Source of the DNA: an uncultured Methanosarcinaceae archaeon
Lineage (GTDB): Archaea; Halobacteriota; Methanosarcinia; Methanosarcinales; Methanosarcinaceae
Reading direction: 5' to 3'
Assembly (NCBI GenBank): GCA_963733675.1
Contig: CAVTET010000001.1
Location: 416,001 to 480,000, forward strand
Length of the DNA: 64,000 bases
Both the position numbers and the translations under genes were made by a program. Each line of letters opens with the position of its first letter. The first letter of the stretch is position 1. This document shows, one piece after another, positions 46,593-57,783 of this stretch. The notes below the pieces were generated by a model. It had not been told where the DNA came from. It was given only the letters and a program-made list of their open reading frames with translations, and made no database searches.

Positions 46593-46741
46593 AGGATGAA
46601 TGTCAGAAGAAAAAAGGAGCCTGAAACAGTAGTTTGGTAAAAATAAGAGTATGAGGAAGGAAAAGTGAAGAAAAAAAAGGAAAGAATAAACAAGGGGAAA
46701 AAAGAAAACTGTTTATTATTAAAAGCTTAGTATCGTTCCAT

Positions 46742-49453
46742 TTACCCTTTGTAAGGACTTTCAAGGACCTCTCTAATCTTGGCTGCTGTTTTTGGTCCGA
46801 TTAATTTCACCTTTCGGAGTTCTTCGGTATTAGCCTTCACAAAGGCCTCTATAGAGCCAAAATGTAGCAGGATATTTCTTGAGGCTTTTGGCCCTATATT
46901 CGATATGGAAGAAATCAGATATTCCTGCTGCTCTGCAAGAGTACTAGCTAACTTTTTCCCATGTGGATTGATTTCACGCCTATTTTCGATTTGCTCACGT
47001 TTAGTAAGCATTTTTAACATCGCAGCTGTCTCTTCTTCATCCCTTGAGTAGAGAATTGATATTCCAAAATCAATTGCAATAGAGACCAGCGAACCGTAAA
47101 TAGAATTTGGGTTGAGCTGCCTGAAGGTGAAAAGGTTTCCTCCTTCAATGATGAGAACAGGTTTTTCATATACTCTTGCAAGATTCGAGAGCTGAGCAAA
47201 GAGGTTATGCTTCCCATCGATAAGAGAAGTTACAAAATCATCAGTGCGTTTTCTCTCTACAGCAATGCGATCGCTTACAACATAATCTCCGATCTCAAGA
47301 GCTGCAAAATTAAGTTCCATTCCTAGCCTATCAAGAACTTGTACAACTCCACTTTTCGTTTCCCTATAGTCTATAAATATCCGGAGGGATTCGGTTTTTG
47401 GTTCTCTTCCGAATATTTTTAGTTCATTTATGGATTTCTTTCCAGTAAGAGCTTCGAAATCTACAAGGGTTTTTTGGTTTCTGTTTCCTTCTTCTTGTTT
47501 TATACCAGTTCCTTCTTTATAGCTATCATTATCCCGATTTTCTTCATTTATACCCCTCTTTTTTTTAATACTTATTCCCTTTTCCCTTTCTTCTTTCTCT
47601 GCCTCCTTCTCTCCTCTATTTCCTGTATCTTTATTTTTTACTTTCTGTTCATAGATCTCCTCTTTTTTCTCCTCCCCTTTCTTTTTTACTTTCTGTTTCC
47701 CTTTATCCTCCTTTCCTTCATCCATTCCGTTCCAATCTGAGCTTACAGCCGTATCCCTAGTATCTATTGTTAAATCTCTATTTTTCTGTCTACTTCCTAC
47801 CCCATATTCATCTTTAATTTCGGTTTCCTTTAAATCTGAAATCAATGAGTCTGATTCAAAATCAAAAGGCTTATAACTTTTTTTAGAGCTCCTTTTGCCT
47901 AGAACGACTTCAAGCCCTCGCATCCTGTTAAGCATCTTTTTTTCCTTGTTTTTGCTGCTCCAGTAATAGGCTTCGTCCCGTGTACCTTTTGTCACCAGCA
48001 CAATTACTCGGCCCTTATGTTGCCTGCCTGTCCTGCCCTTACGCTGAATGCTGCGGATTTCCGATGGAATTGGTTCGTAAAATAGTACCAGATCCGTGGA
48101 TGGAATGTCAAGCCCTTCTTCAGCAACGGAAGTGGCTACAAGTACGTTGTATTCTCCTGCCCTGAATTTCTCGAGGATTTCCGCCTGTTGCTTCTGAGTA
48201 AGTCCTTTGTCCTTATGGCGAGAACCTTGTCCAACAAAACGGATTGGCACAATTCCAGGAACCTCAGAAAGAGCATTTACCACTATTTCGGCAGTGTCCC
48301 TGTAGTTAGTAAACACAATTGTCCGAGAATCGGGACTTCTTTCCAGTTGCTCGGATAAGATTCTCCTCGCATGTTCGAGTTTGGGATGTTCGACACCGCA
48401 TTCTCTTACCCGATAAAGAGCTTTCCGCATGTAAACGTCATCCATCACTCTTTTTGCAGCTTTAGTCGCACTGCTAGAGGAAGCTTCTGCATCCAGCTTT
48501 TCCAAATACTTCCTCAGGGTCTCAAGACCCTGCGTTTCCACCATTTCCACAGCATGGTTCACCTTCATCATTTCAGCGACCACAGAGATGGCAAAATAAA
48601 CATTAGGATCTCCACCGATATGGATTTCACCTTGGAGTTTTTTATTGAGAAGCAGGAGGTCTTTTTTGGAGATATATTTTCCACCCCCTGAAGAAAGGCC
48701 CAGGTCCCTTAGAACTCCAAGCCGATCATCGAGTATCTTTTCCAGATAGCTCCGAATTTCGGCAATTTCAGCAGGTAGTTGGACCTGAAGCCATTCGATT
48801 TCTTTTTCCTGAACATAAGGGCGAACATCCCTATCATTCTCAGTTTTCACAGCTACTTTTTCGACATGTAAGGCTTGACAAACTTCAAAAATTTTTTCAT
48901 CTGAGCTTCCTGGACTTGCAGTAATTCCAAGTATATGAGGATCTTTAGCGCTTTCAAAGTACTTTTTTGCAATAAAGGAATAAGCATAATTTCCCACTGC
49001 TCTGTGGGCTTCATCGAATGTGATGTGGCTTACATCTTCAAGACTTATCCGTTTCGTAAGAAGATCGTTTTCAATTACCTGCGGAGTGGATACGATCAAT
49101 TTTCCTTGTGTCCATAGCTTTTCTCTCTCCAAAGGGGCAATGCTGCCTGTAAAAGCAAGAATTTCGTCATCGGGAAGAGTCATCACCTTTTTAAAAAAAG
49201 CTGCATGCTGATCTACAAGAGGTTTTGTAGGAGAAAGGATCAGGGCTTTCCCCCCAAAACGTTGAAGCCTGGAAGCAATTACAAAAAGAGCTATAATGGT
49301 TTTCCCAAGTCCAGTGGGAAGCACAACTAGGCTTGATCCCTCAAGGGCTTTTTCTGCCAAGTTTAACTGATATAGCCTCTGCTCAATTGTGTCTGATTTT
49401 ATCATTGGGTGCTTCATGCATGATGGCTTCTCAGGAAAAAGATTGTCTTTCAT
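46742..49453 (-). CDS. hef: Hef helicase/ERCC4 endonuclease (FANCM-like)
   Basis: LPTGLGKT, DEAH, TAS, EEGLD, QRKGRTGR, ERCC4 GDY..ERKRTDDF, C-terminal HhH2. Confidence 0.94.
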   Translation of the reverse strand: MKDNLFPEKPSCMKHPMIKSDTIEQRLYQLNLAEKALEGSSLVVLPTGLGKTIIALFVIASRLQRFGGKALILSPTKPLVDQHAAFFKKVMTLPDDEILAFTGSIAPLEREKLWTQGKLIVSTPQVIENDLLTKRISLEDVSHITFDEAHRAVGNYAYSFIAKKYFESAKDPHILGITASPGSSDEKIFEVCQALHVEKVAVKTENDRDVRPYVQEKEIEWLQVQLPAEIAEIRSYLEKILDDRLGVLRDLGLSSGGGKYISKKDLLLLNKKLQGEIHIGGDPNVYFAISVVAEMMKVNHAVEMVETQGLETLRKYLEKLDAEASSSSATKAAKRVMDDVYMRKALYRVRECGVEHPKLEHARRILSEQLERSPDSRTIVFTNYRDTAEIVVNALSEVPGIVPIRFVGQGSRHKDKGLTQKQQAEILEKFRAGEYNVLVATSVAEEGLDIPSTDLVLFYEPIPSEIRSIQRKGRTGRQHKGRVIVLVTKGTRDEAYYWSSKNKEKKMLNRMRGLEVVLGKRSSKKSYKPFDFESDSLISDLKETEIKDEYGVGSRQKNRDLTIDTRDTAVSSDWNGMDEGKEDKGKQKVKKKGEEKKEEIYEQKVKNKDTGNRGEKEAEKEEREKGISIKKKRGINEENRDNDSYKEGTGIKQEEGNRNQKTLVDFEALTGKKSINELKIFGREPKTESLRIFIDYRETKSGVVQVLDRLGMELNFAALEIGDYVVSDRIAVERKRTDDFVTSLIDGKHNLFAQLSNLARVYEKPVLIIEGGNLFTFRQLNPNSIYGSLVSIAIDFGISILYSRDEEETAAMLKMLTKREQIENRREINPHGKKLASTLAEQQEYLISSISNIGPKASRNILLHFGSIEAFVKANTEELRKVKLIGPKTAAKIREVLESPYKG

Positions 49454-49861
49454 TTTGCTTCAGGATTATTTCATTTAAGGATTATTTACTTCATAAGTAT
49501 TTATTTCAGATCTTCAGTGTTTATAAGGATAATGAAATTAAATTTTTGCTCAGGCTTTCGGCCTTTTAATTATGTAAACTGAGGAAATAGTAGATCTTAT
49601 GGATTTCATGTCCTTTTATACTCAGTTTTTAACAGCCAAAATTTAGATGTTTTTTAAGAATATTGATCAAAATCTAATTTCTACGAATCAATTGTATGTA
49701 ATTTGTAAGATATGATGAAATTTAGGATTTTATCGAAATCCTTTTTGTTGTCTTTTGGGATCTCAAAAATTCATTATCATTTCCTGAATTCTGCGACTAT
49801 AACAAATTGAAGAACCAGAAAATAATAAAGAATTTCGCAATTTAACGTTGGTATCAGAACA

Positions 49862-51685
49862 TCAGAAGTTAAAAGGCTTGCCTACAGATTCGAAACGCTG
49901 ACCCCTATAGATAAGTCCGAATATTACATTTTCTATTCCTTTCATCGGAGACCTTACCTGCCGCATTGAGTCTCGGTCTCTTATTGTAACAGTTCCGTCT
50001 TTAAGGGTATCATAATCCACGGTAACGGAATAAGGAGTCCCGATCTCATCGTTTCTTCTGTAGCGGCGCCCGATGGTCCCGGAATCATCATAGTTGACAA
50101 AAAGAGCATTTTCCTTGAGTTTTGCAACGATCTCCTTTGCAGGATCTGAAAGCTCTTTACGAGTCAGAAGTGGGAGGACTGCAACCTGCACAGGGGAAAC
50201 TGCACTTGAGAAATGCATAACAAGGCGATTATCCTCCTCTAACTCGGCATCTATATCATCTTTTACATATTCGGATTCTTTTCCAATTTCTTCTGTACCT
50301 TTGATTCCAAATTCTGCTACCTTCTTGGCAATATTTTCTTCATCAAAAGCATGCTCCATGACACCATAGAAGATTCTGTCAATACCATAGGAAGGTTCAA
50401 TTACATGCGGAATAAAGCTTTCTCCGCTTACTTTTACGCTCTCTTCCGCAAAGCTTACCATATCAGAACTGACTGTCAATTCTTCTCCACCCACAGTAAC
50501 TTTGATCCCAACCTTTGCGAGTTCCTCTTCTGAAAGTTGTTTTAAGGCATCTGCGACTGCTCTTGCTTTGTCCCTAAAGACAGGTCCTAGCTTAGACATA
50601 TTTGGCTTTACAGCAAAGCGATTTATCATCCTAGGCTCGTTATATTCCACGTAAACATAAAGATCTGTATTGCTGACTCTTGAATGGGCTTTGAGGTCAT
50701 AGTCCGTTCTGTCGGCAATTCCCACCATTTCAACCCAACCGAAGCGTTCTGTCTCAATCTCAGCATCCCAACAATCGATTGCATAATGCGCCATTTCATC
50801 CTTAAGGTGCTGCCTGAATCTGAGTTTTGAAGGGTTGATCCCTATCTTTTTCAGGAACTCTTGTGTGAGTGCGATATTGTAACCCAGTATTTCGTGAGCA
50901 ATGACCTTAGCCTTCACTGCTTCCCTGACAGTCATCCTGAATGATTCTCCCTTCTTCTGCGCCTCCTGTGAATATAGTACAAGTTCTTTGTCTGCAAAAA
51001 GTTCGAAGTTAGAATGTTTTTTGTGTCTTGGATCAACGAAAATTTCGCACTCTGCCTGTGTAAACTCTCTGAGCCGGATGATTCCCTGTCTGGGTGCAAT
51101 TTCGTTTCGATAGGATTTACCTATCTGCACTGCTCCAAACGGCAACTTACCTCTATAGAACCTGGAAAGCCTCTGGAAATCAACAAATATACCCTGGGCC
51201 GTTTCCGGCCTTAGATACCCCTGCTTTCCAGTGCCGGGCCCAATTGTGGTCTTGAACATTAAGTTAAATTCATAGGCTTCCCCTAATTCTCCACCACACT
51301 CGAGACATCTGAGTTCATGTTCTTTTATAATCTTGGTAAGCTCTTCTGCATTCAAAGTTCCTGCCACATTAATTATGTTTTCTACAAGGTGATCAGCCCT
51401 GAATGCCTCTTTGCAGTTCATGCACTCACACAGAGGATCCGAAAAACTTCCAATGTGCCCGGATGCTATAAAGACTTCTTCGATACCGATAGTCGGGCAT
51501 TCAATCTCCATAAACCCTTCCTGGATAATATAAAACTCTCTCCATATCTGCTCAATCCGCCTCTTTAGTGTGCTCCCTAGAGGCCCATAATCATAAAATC
51601 CACGGCTTCCGCCATACAGTTCAAAGGAGTTCCACAAAAACCCCCGGCGTTTAGCCAGTTCGAATACCTTCTCGTACTTGTCCAT
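49862..51685 (-). CDS. glyS: glycine--tRNA ligase (archaeal/eukaryotic type)
   Basis: LRPETAQGIF, RNEIAPRQGIIRLREFTQAE, HVIEPSYGIDR, IGRRYRRNDEIGTP. Confidence 0.97.
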   Translation of the reverse strand: MDKYEKVFELAKRRGFLWNSFELYGGSRGFYDYGPLGSTLKRRIEQIWREFYIIQEGFMEIECPTIGIEEVFIASGHIGSFSDPLCECMNCKEAFRADHLVENIINVAGTLNAEELTKIIKEHELRCLECGGELGEAYEFNLMFKTTIGPGTGKQGYLRPETAQGIFVDFQRLSRFYRGKLPFGAVQIGKSYRNEIAPRQGIIRLREFTQAECEIFVDPRHKKHSNFELFADKELVLYSQEAQKKGESFRMTVREAVKAKVIAHEILGYNIALTQEFLKKIGINPSKLRFRQHLKDEMAHYAIDCWDAEIETERFGWVEMVGIADRTDYDLKAHSRVSNTDLYVYVEYNEPRMINRFAVKPNMSKLGPVFRDKARAVADALKQLSEEELAKVGIKVTVGGEELTVSSDMVSFAEESVKVSGESFIPHVIEPSYGIDRIFYGVMEHAFDEENIAKKVAEFGIKGTEEIGKESEYVKDDIDAELEEDNRLVMHFSSAVSPVQVAVLPLLTRKELSDPAKEIVAKLKENALFVNYDDSGTIGRRYRRNDEIGTPYSVTVDYDTLKDGTVTIRDRDSMRQVRSPMKGIENVIFGLIYRGQRFESVGKPFNF

Positions 51686-52329
51686 TTAAGAAATCCTCGT
51701 GAAATTGAGTGAAAATATCAAATAATGGAGAATTTTGATAGACCTCATTTTTTCAAGAATCATAATTATACTATTCATAAGATATGACGATATTTAGGGG
51801 TTTATCAAAATACTTAATTGTGAATTTTTGATTTGTCTGTAGTTATTAGATATTAGATAGATGAAGGGAACCATTATATTAAATTTACACTTCTCTGAGA
51901 AGTAGTTCTGAATTTAGTCGGTTCCGAAACCATCTCTACAAATCAGAAGAATATCGCAAAAGTGATTTTAGCTAATCAAAGTTTCGTTGTGTCACTCCAT
52001 TACTTACAGCAGGATAAAGTACCTAAATTTGGGTTGAGAACATATTTACTCATTTACATAATAGTATTAATATTAAGAATCAAATATTCTATCAATTTCA
52101 TATTATTTGGCAATATATTTGTATTGGTACTTTATAGCAATCAAATGTGCTTCAACATGAACAAAATAAAGAACTAAATGATTCCTAACAATAGTTGCTG
52201 TGAAGGAATAATTTTAGGGGGTTGATTAGAAGTTTTATTTAAGAACTAAAAACAATAAAACCTTTAAAAATTCGTATATTATTATATGTAAAAATAATAT
52301 TAAAAGTTAAACCATTGGAGGTAAATATA

Positions 52330-52416
52330 ATGTTTGGATGGGACGATTTTCAAATTATAAATCTTTGGGGAACCGATGCACGTTGGGGTGGAATTCCCTG
52401 GGGTAGTCTCGCATAA
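52330..52416 (+). CDS. candidate 28-aa Trp/Gly-rich small protein MFGWDDFQIINLWGTDARWGGIPWGSLA
   Basis: GGAGGT RBS ending 7 nt before the ATG. TATA-like sequences at ~52276-52305. The ORF is noticeably more GC-rich than its flanks. Confidence 0.6.
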   Translation: MFGWDDFQIINLWGTDARWGGIPWGSLA

Positions 52417-53474
52417 TTTAGCTTGTTTCTAATTGTAATTTTGTTGATATAAATAACTCGCAATACAAGTGCATAAGCAGCAAAATTGATCTGAAATAAA
52501 ACAGCATCCGAAAAATCCTCTGAAATAAAAAAAGTATCATAGCCATCTTTTCACGACATTGAGAAGAAAATCCTGATAAACTGCCTTGAACTGATGACTA
52601 TGAATTTAAAATTTTCTAACATTCGCTGATATAACCATACCATTAACTCTCCTGGTAATTAATCAACATTATAAACTTGAAAAGATTCTGATAAACCTAT
52701 ATAAATTCATACAACTCGCAGCAAATTCTATAGTATTAATTTACTCTTTAAAATTTTCACTATTTTAGATTTAAAGAATAATATAAACTTTTCCCGTTAA
52801 TCATAAACTTTTTCAGTCAAGTGAGAACAAATTTAGTGAAATTAATGTATTTAATTTATAGGGAAATTTTTTTGTTACCATGATTCATATAAAAATATGG
52901 AAATAAGCCGACATGAAACTGATGTAATCAATATTTTAAAAGTACTTCTTTCACAACAATAGCACGAACTTCCCAAAATTGAAACTTAGAAATATTATAT
53001 AGACCAAATTTTTCCAGTAGATTTCTTGTTATTTTGAGTTTATAACAAATTGTTTCAAAATATGCTTCTTTGTGATATTCTCTTATTAGTTGATTATATC
53101 GAAAATAAAAGAGCATTTTGAAGATAGCTAAACTATCTTTAAAACAAAAGGATAATAAACCAGAAAAAATTACGTTAAATACTATAATTACTGGACAAAA
53201 TTTGCACAGGATTCCAACGAGGAGAAAAATACTAGACAAACTAAAATCTAATAAAAACATATCAAGGTCAAATATATAATTTAGTATTAATATCTAATAC
53301 ACGATTAATAGTTGCAAATTCCCTTATTTTAACTAGCTGTTAATATACTTTTCTAAGCATCGGACAAAATTTAGGATTTATCAAAATACCATACAAATAT
53401 ACTGTTTCTAAAATTTGTAATTAAAATTTTTAACTTTATGTCTTTGGATTAAATTTAATGCTATAACAGCAATT

Positions 53475-53595
53475 TGGCAGTGTAACGAAAGTTCCATAAG
53501 CAATTCAAATAATTAAAACTTAAACTGATAATCTATAACGTAAATAAAAAGATAGTAGAAATAATTTGTATTAAATTAAGGATTTCTACAGAGCC
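53475..53595 (+). mobile_element. IS903-like IS5 right-end remnant
   Basis: 53541-53595 is nearly identical to 35591-35645, ending GGATTTCTACAGAGCC. Confidence 0.72.
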
Positions 53596-54244
53596 GTAAA
53601 ATCAGTAGGAGTTTTCATGAGCAAAAATTATTGTTAAGAGAATTAAACTCTCCAAGACTCAAAAATATAGGAATTTATCAAAATTTTATTTAAATGTAAA
53701 GTTTGACCACAAAAAATGAGAGAAATGGAATAATGAAACCGTTTTTTCCGTTTTTTCCTGTTTAATAGGCAGGAATTTCAACTTTAATGAAGGTGAGCTT
53801 CCAGTATGAATAATGAAGGTTGAAATAGAAACTTTCAATCTGAATATAAAACTTATAGTAGTACTTGTCGATTAATTTCGCAAAAATAAAAAATTGGTCT
53901 AGAAAATGAATGAGTTTAGGTATAACTGAATTATATTATCCAAACGGGAAAAGTAGTTTAACGAATTTGCATAAAATTTCATCGTTTTTTCAAAACTGTA
54001 AACATCAGGGAAAATGAAAAAAGCCTCAGATCTTTGGGCATCCTCTATTATCTGATTGATTTTAATTTCAAAATGCATATAGTGTCTTTTTTCTGTTTAT
54101 TTTGCTCTGCACTTCAATGAAGTTATTTTGAGTAGATATGCTTCGTGAATGAAAACACAGATATTAGTTACACCGGAAACTTAATCATGAGAAACATCCA
54201 CAATTTAATTAGAGGGTACATATAAAATTTACTGAAAAAGAGAA

Positions 54245-55399
54245 TCAAACTGATTGTGTTAATTCAATGTACCTGTTTACAATTTTATCCCATTTCTGGT
54301 CAGGAGCTTCATAATGCTCCTCAGTACCGAATTGACTGAGGATAGCATCTCTAAGCGAACCAATTTCGCCCGGAGAGACAAAAAAAGTTCCTTCATAATT
54401 AGCCATTGATTCCTTCAAACCACCAACTTCGGAAACTACAACAGGTTTTCCAAAAGCCATAGCAATATGAGCAATTCCACTCTGTGAAGCCCTAAGATAG
54501 GGTAGGACTACCATATTCGAAGCGCTGAAATACAGGTTTACTTTCTCATCAGGAATGTACTCGTCTACCAGAGTTATTTTATCATGAAGTGGAGACAACT
54601 TGATCCGGTTAAGTAGCTCTCTGCGATTTTCCCAGATCTCCCCGACAATCAACAGCCTGCTTTTCTCGAGAATTTTAGAAGGGAGCTGTTCAAAAGCACT
54701 GATCAGGCAAGGTATTCCTTTATACTTTCTAATTAAACCGAAGAATAGAATAACAAACTCTTCGTGTATCGAAAGTTCTTTCCTTGCTTCCTTAATGTCA
54801 AGTAATTTTCCGTACTGGTCATAAAGACCATGTAGTACCACATGGATTTTTTCAGGGGCAATGGAATATCTTTTGGCAACAAGTTGTTTATCAGATTCGG
54901 AATGAGTAATATATGCATCAAGGTTTTTACGAAGTAATTTACCCATTATTTTAGAGTACAAACGAATCGGGATTATGGACTCCTCAAACGGATCCACGAC
55001 TTCGTGAAATTCGATGATTATTTTTGGTTTATGTAACATATTTGCAAAAAATTTTAATAACAGATGCATATGTGCAACCGAAGAGGTCCACCATTGTAAT
55101 ATTATGATATCAGGCTTTTGGTTTTTAAGAAAAATGTATGCTTGGATCCAAGTCAGGGGGTTATTATAGTCCATCCCATCAAAAATTGAAAGATCCGATG
55201 AAAAATTCATGTCAGAAATAGCTTTCCCAACATGGGACTTTCCAGGGAAAAGGAAGGTAGGAAGAAGTTGACGAAAACAAATTACAGAGATATTTTTTTC
55301 AGATGACATGGCATTTGCAAGGCGGATAGTATAATAACTGACGCCACTTAAAAAAAGTTTTGAAGGCCCTACTATGCAAATACTTTTGTTGGAAGCCAT
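54245..55399 (-). CDS. glycosyltransferase family 4
   Basis: LFFGLIRKYKG, VVLPY..ASQSGI..AMAFGKPVVVSEVGGL. Confidence 0.92.
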   Translation of the reverse strand: MASNKSICIVGPSKLFLSGVSYYTIRLANAMSSEKNISVICFRQLLPTFLFPGKSHVGKAISDMNFSSDLSIFDGMDYNNPLTWIQAYIFLKNQKPDIIILQWWTSSVAHMHLLLKFFANMLHKPKIIIEFHEVVDPFEESIIPIRLYSKIMGKLLRKNLDAYITHSESDKQLVAKRYSIAPEKIHVVLHGLYDQYGKLLDIKEARKELSIHEEFVILFFGLIRKYKGIPCLISAFEQLPSKILEKSRLLIVGEIWENRRELLNRIKLSPLHDKITLVDEYIPDEKVNLYFSASNMVVLPYLRASQSGIAHIAMAFGKPVVVSEVGGLKESMANYEGTFFVSPGEIGSLRDAILSQFGTEEHYEAPDQKWDKIVNRYIELTQSV

Positions 55400-55459
55400 T
55401 TACTTCAGCTATAACAGTCTCCTTATATTTAAGTAAATCCATGATCTTCTAAATAGATG

Positions 55460-55576
55460 ATGAATTTTGAAGACAGCAAGATCTGTGGGGTTTCAGCCTC
55501 TGAGGAATCACTGGATAGAGTTGATGTTCTGGTGTGGGCTTTGACTACATTAGATTCAAATCCTTATGAAAAATGA
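55460..55576 (+). pseudogene. possible phage terminase large-subunit C-terminal relic
   Basis: NFEDSKICGVSASEESLDRVDVLVWALTTL resembles the terminase nuclease tail LEDQM..SPDRxDALVWALTEL. Confidence 0.4.
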
Positions 55577-56152
55577 GCTTATAGAGTCGGCGAAAATTCT
55601 TCTTTTGCATCTTCGCTAGGAAACGATGTTTTGTCTCAGATAGGTTTTTGGTCCAAAGCGAAAAATTTTTTCTCAAGAAACAGGTTCAGACAAGTTTTCC
55701 CAAGTAATGGAATGAGGATCTACTTTTATACTAGTTGGGCCAACTAAAAAATACTCAATCCAAAATACATGAGTTTTGTACATGGTAATAGATGATTTAA
55801 ATAAATTTAAACTTTTGAAGAAATTAAATGAATAAATAAACAAATACCAATATAAATTAAAAGGGAATTCTCTTGTGGCTGTAAAAATCTTTTTGATCAT
55901 TACATGAGAGGCGGAATCATCCTAATTTGGTATTGTTGAAGGAGAACAGATGAGTCAAGATTATAGTCTTATTATATAAAATTATAATGTTAATAGTCCG
56001 GAAGTTTTGGAATTTCTGTCTTTGTCTGCAGAAGTATAGTCTCGGGTGGTGAAACATTATAAGCTACATTTAAAGTAGATCAGGACGAAAAACGAACTCA
56101 AAAATCGATCTGAAGGTAACTGAATTAAAATAGTAATTCGGAACTGCAGTAA

Positions 56153-57025
56153 GCGGCTATCCGAAAAGTCCTGCTGATCTGGATGTTATCAATGCGCACG
56201 CTAAATGTAGCATAGCAAGGTAATTTTCAATTTTCTTTTCCCATCTTATAAGGAGTCTTCTGAATCTATTCAGCCAAGAATGTGTCCTTTCTGCAACCCA
56301 TCTTCTTGCCCTAAAACCTGGTACGTCTCTTCTTATGTTTTCTTCTCCACGACTTTTGATATGCGCAGTATAAACCATATTCTTCAACCAATTTTCTGAT
56401 ATCGGTGAAATCATAACCCTTATCCATGCATATATTCTGAATTATGTCTTCTGGCGAAGGTCTTTCAAAGAATATGGCGTCTAAAGTCCTTTTTACAAGC
56501 TTTTTATCGTGACGATTGGCTCCATCAACGACAACAGAAAGTGGTATGCCTTTACCCTCAGTTAAAACACTCCTTTTTGTACCTTTTTTGCCACGATCAG
56601 TAGGATTGGATCCTGTTCCAGTTCCACCTAATGGTGCTTTTGTCATAGCACCATCAATTGATTGTCATTCCCATTCTAATCCTTTTTCGAAATCATACTC
56701 AACAAGACCAGCCAGCCACATGCTCTCAAATAAGCCTGGTCGTTGCCATTACTGAAATCGATCATGTACAGTGCTTGGAGCTCCATAAAATCGTGGCAAT
56801 GCTTTCCATTGGCAACCAGTAACAAGGGGATAGAAAATGCCACTCATTATTTTTCTATCACCCTTTCTAGGTCTTCCAGACTTCTTTTTTGGCTTAGGTA
56901 CAGATAGTAAAGGCTCTATTTTTTTCCAATAATCTTCAGAAAGTTCGTAGTCCTGAACAATTTTCCGTTTTGTCATTACCATACATGATCTTAAATTGAA
57001 AGTATATTATTTTTCGGATAGGCTC
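56153..57025 (-). mobile_element. complete IS5-family (IS427/IS1031-like) element, 873 bp, with inactivated transposase
   Basis: 15-bp IRs GCGGCTATCCGAAAA / GAGCCTATCCGAAAA and a TAA target duplication (56150-52, 57026-28). Motifs GRPR, TGCQWKALP, STVHDRF, IDG, DKGYD, RWVAERTHSWL. Two in-frame stops and one frameshift. Confidence 0.93.
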
Positions 57026-57783
57026 TAAGTAGGAAACTACTGAAGGGGCACAAATCAAGAGAAATGATAGAGGATTTCGATAAACCCCTAAATTTTGTTA
57101 TAGATATATAAATTGAGTATAAATGACTCTTGAAAATCAGAGGAAAATTTTGATAAATTTCCGATTTCAACAAATTGTTCATATAGGCTTCATAAACACC
57201 CAGCCAAAGATTGAAGTTTATCGAGATTCTCAGATATTTATCGAAAAACCCTCTAATCAGCACATATATTCATGGCATGGACGGAAATATAAGTACGGAT
57301 GTAGGACTTACGAATATGAGTGTGAGTATAAATGTAAAATATATTGTGACGATATTCATACTTTTCTTAATTTTGGATTACTCTTATGAGCTTTTTGAAA
57401 TCATAAACATGAGACCCTTGTTACATTTCCAAAAAATTGGATGTACACTTGTTTTTAAGATTTGATCAATGACTCAATGACAAAATCAAAAATTTGGTTG
57501 ATTCATTATACTATACAATCTCAGGCAGTGCAAAGAGTTGAGAATTAAAGGGAACTTAAGTTCCATTATTATATCACATAAACATGATGATAATAAAACC
57601 AAGTTAAAATCATGTTAGAATACTGGATCATCTATTACTTGGCCTATATGCCTAATATATAATGGGCTCATAAAAAAATTGCACTTGGAATTAAGCATGA
57701 AAACCCGAAGTATGTTTTTATAAAAAAATTAAAACAATTCAACCTTTACTTATGAAGCAAACGATTGCATGAATAATAAAATT

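Noticed and set aside
14466-51568. Many ORF-track entries antisense or out-of-frame to real genes (e.g. 18825-19643, 22869-23411, 27966-28415, 42354-42860)
   Set aside because: Shadow ORFs of well-supported genes, with no motifs or RBS.
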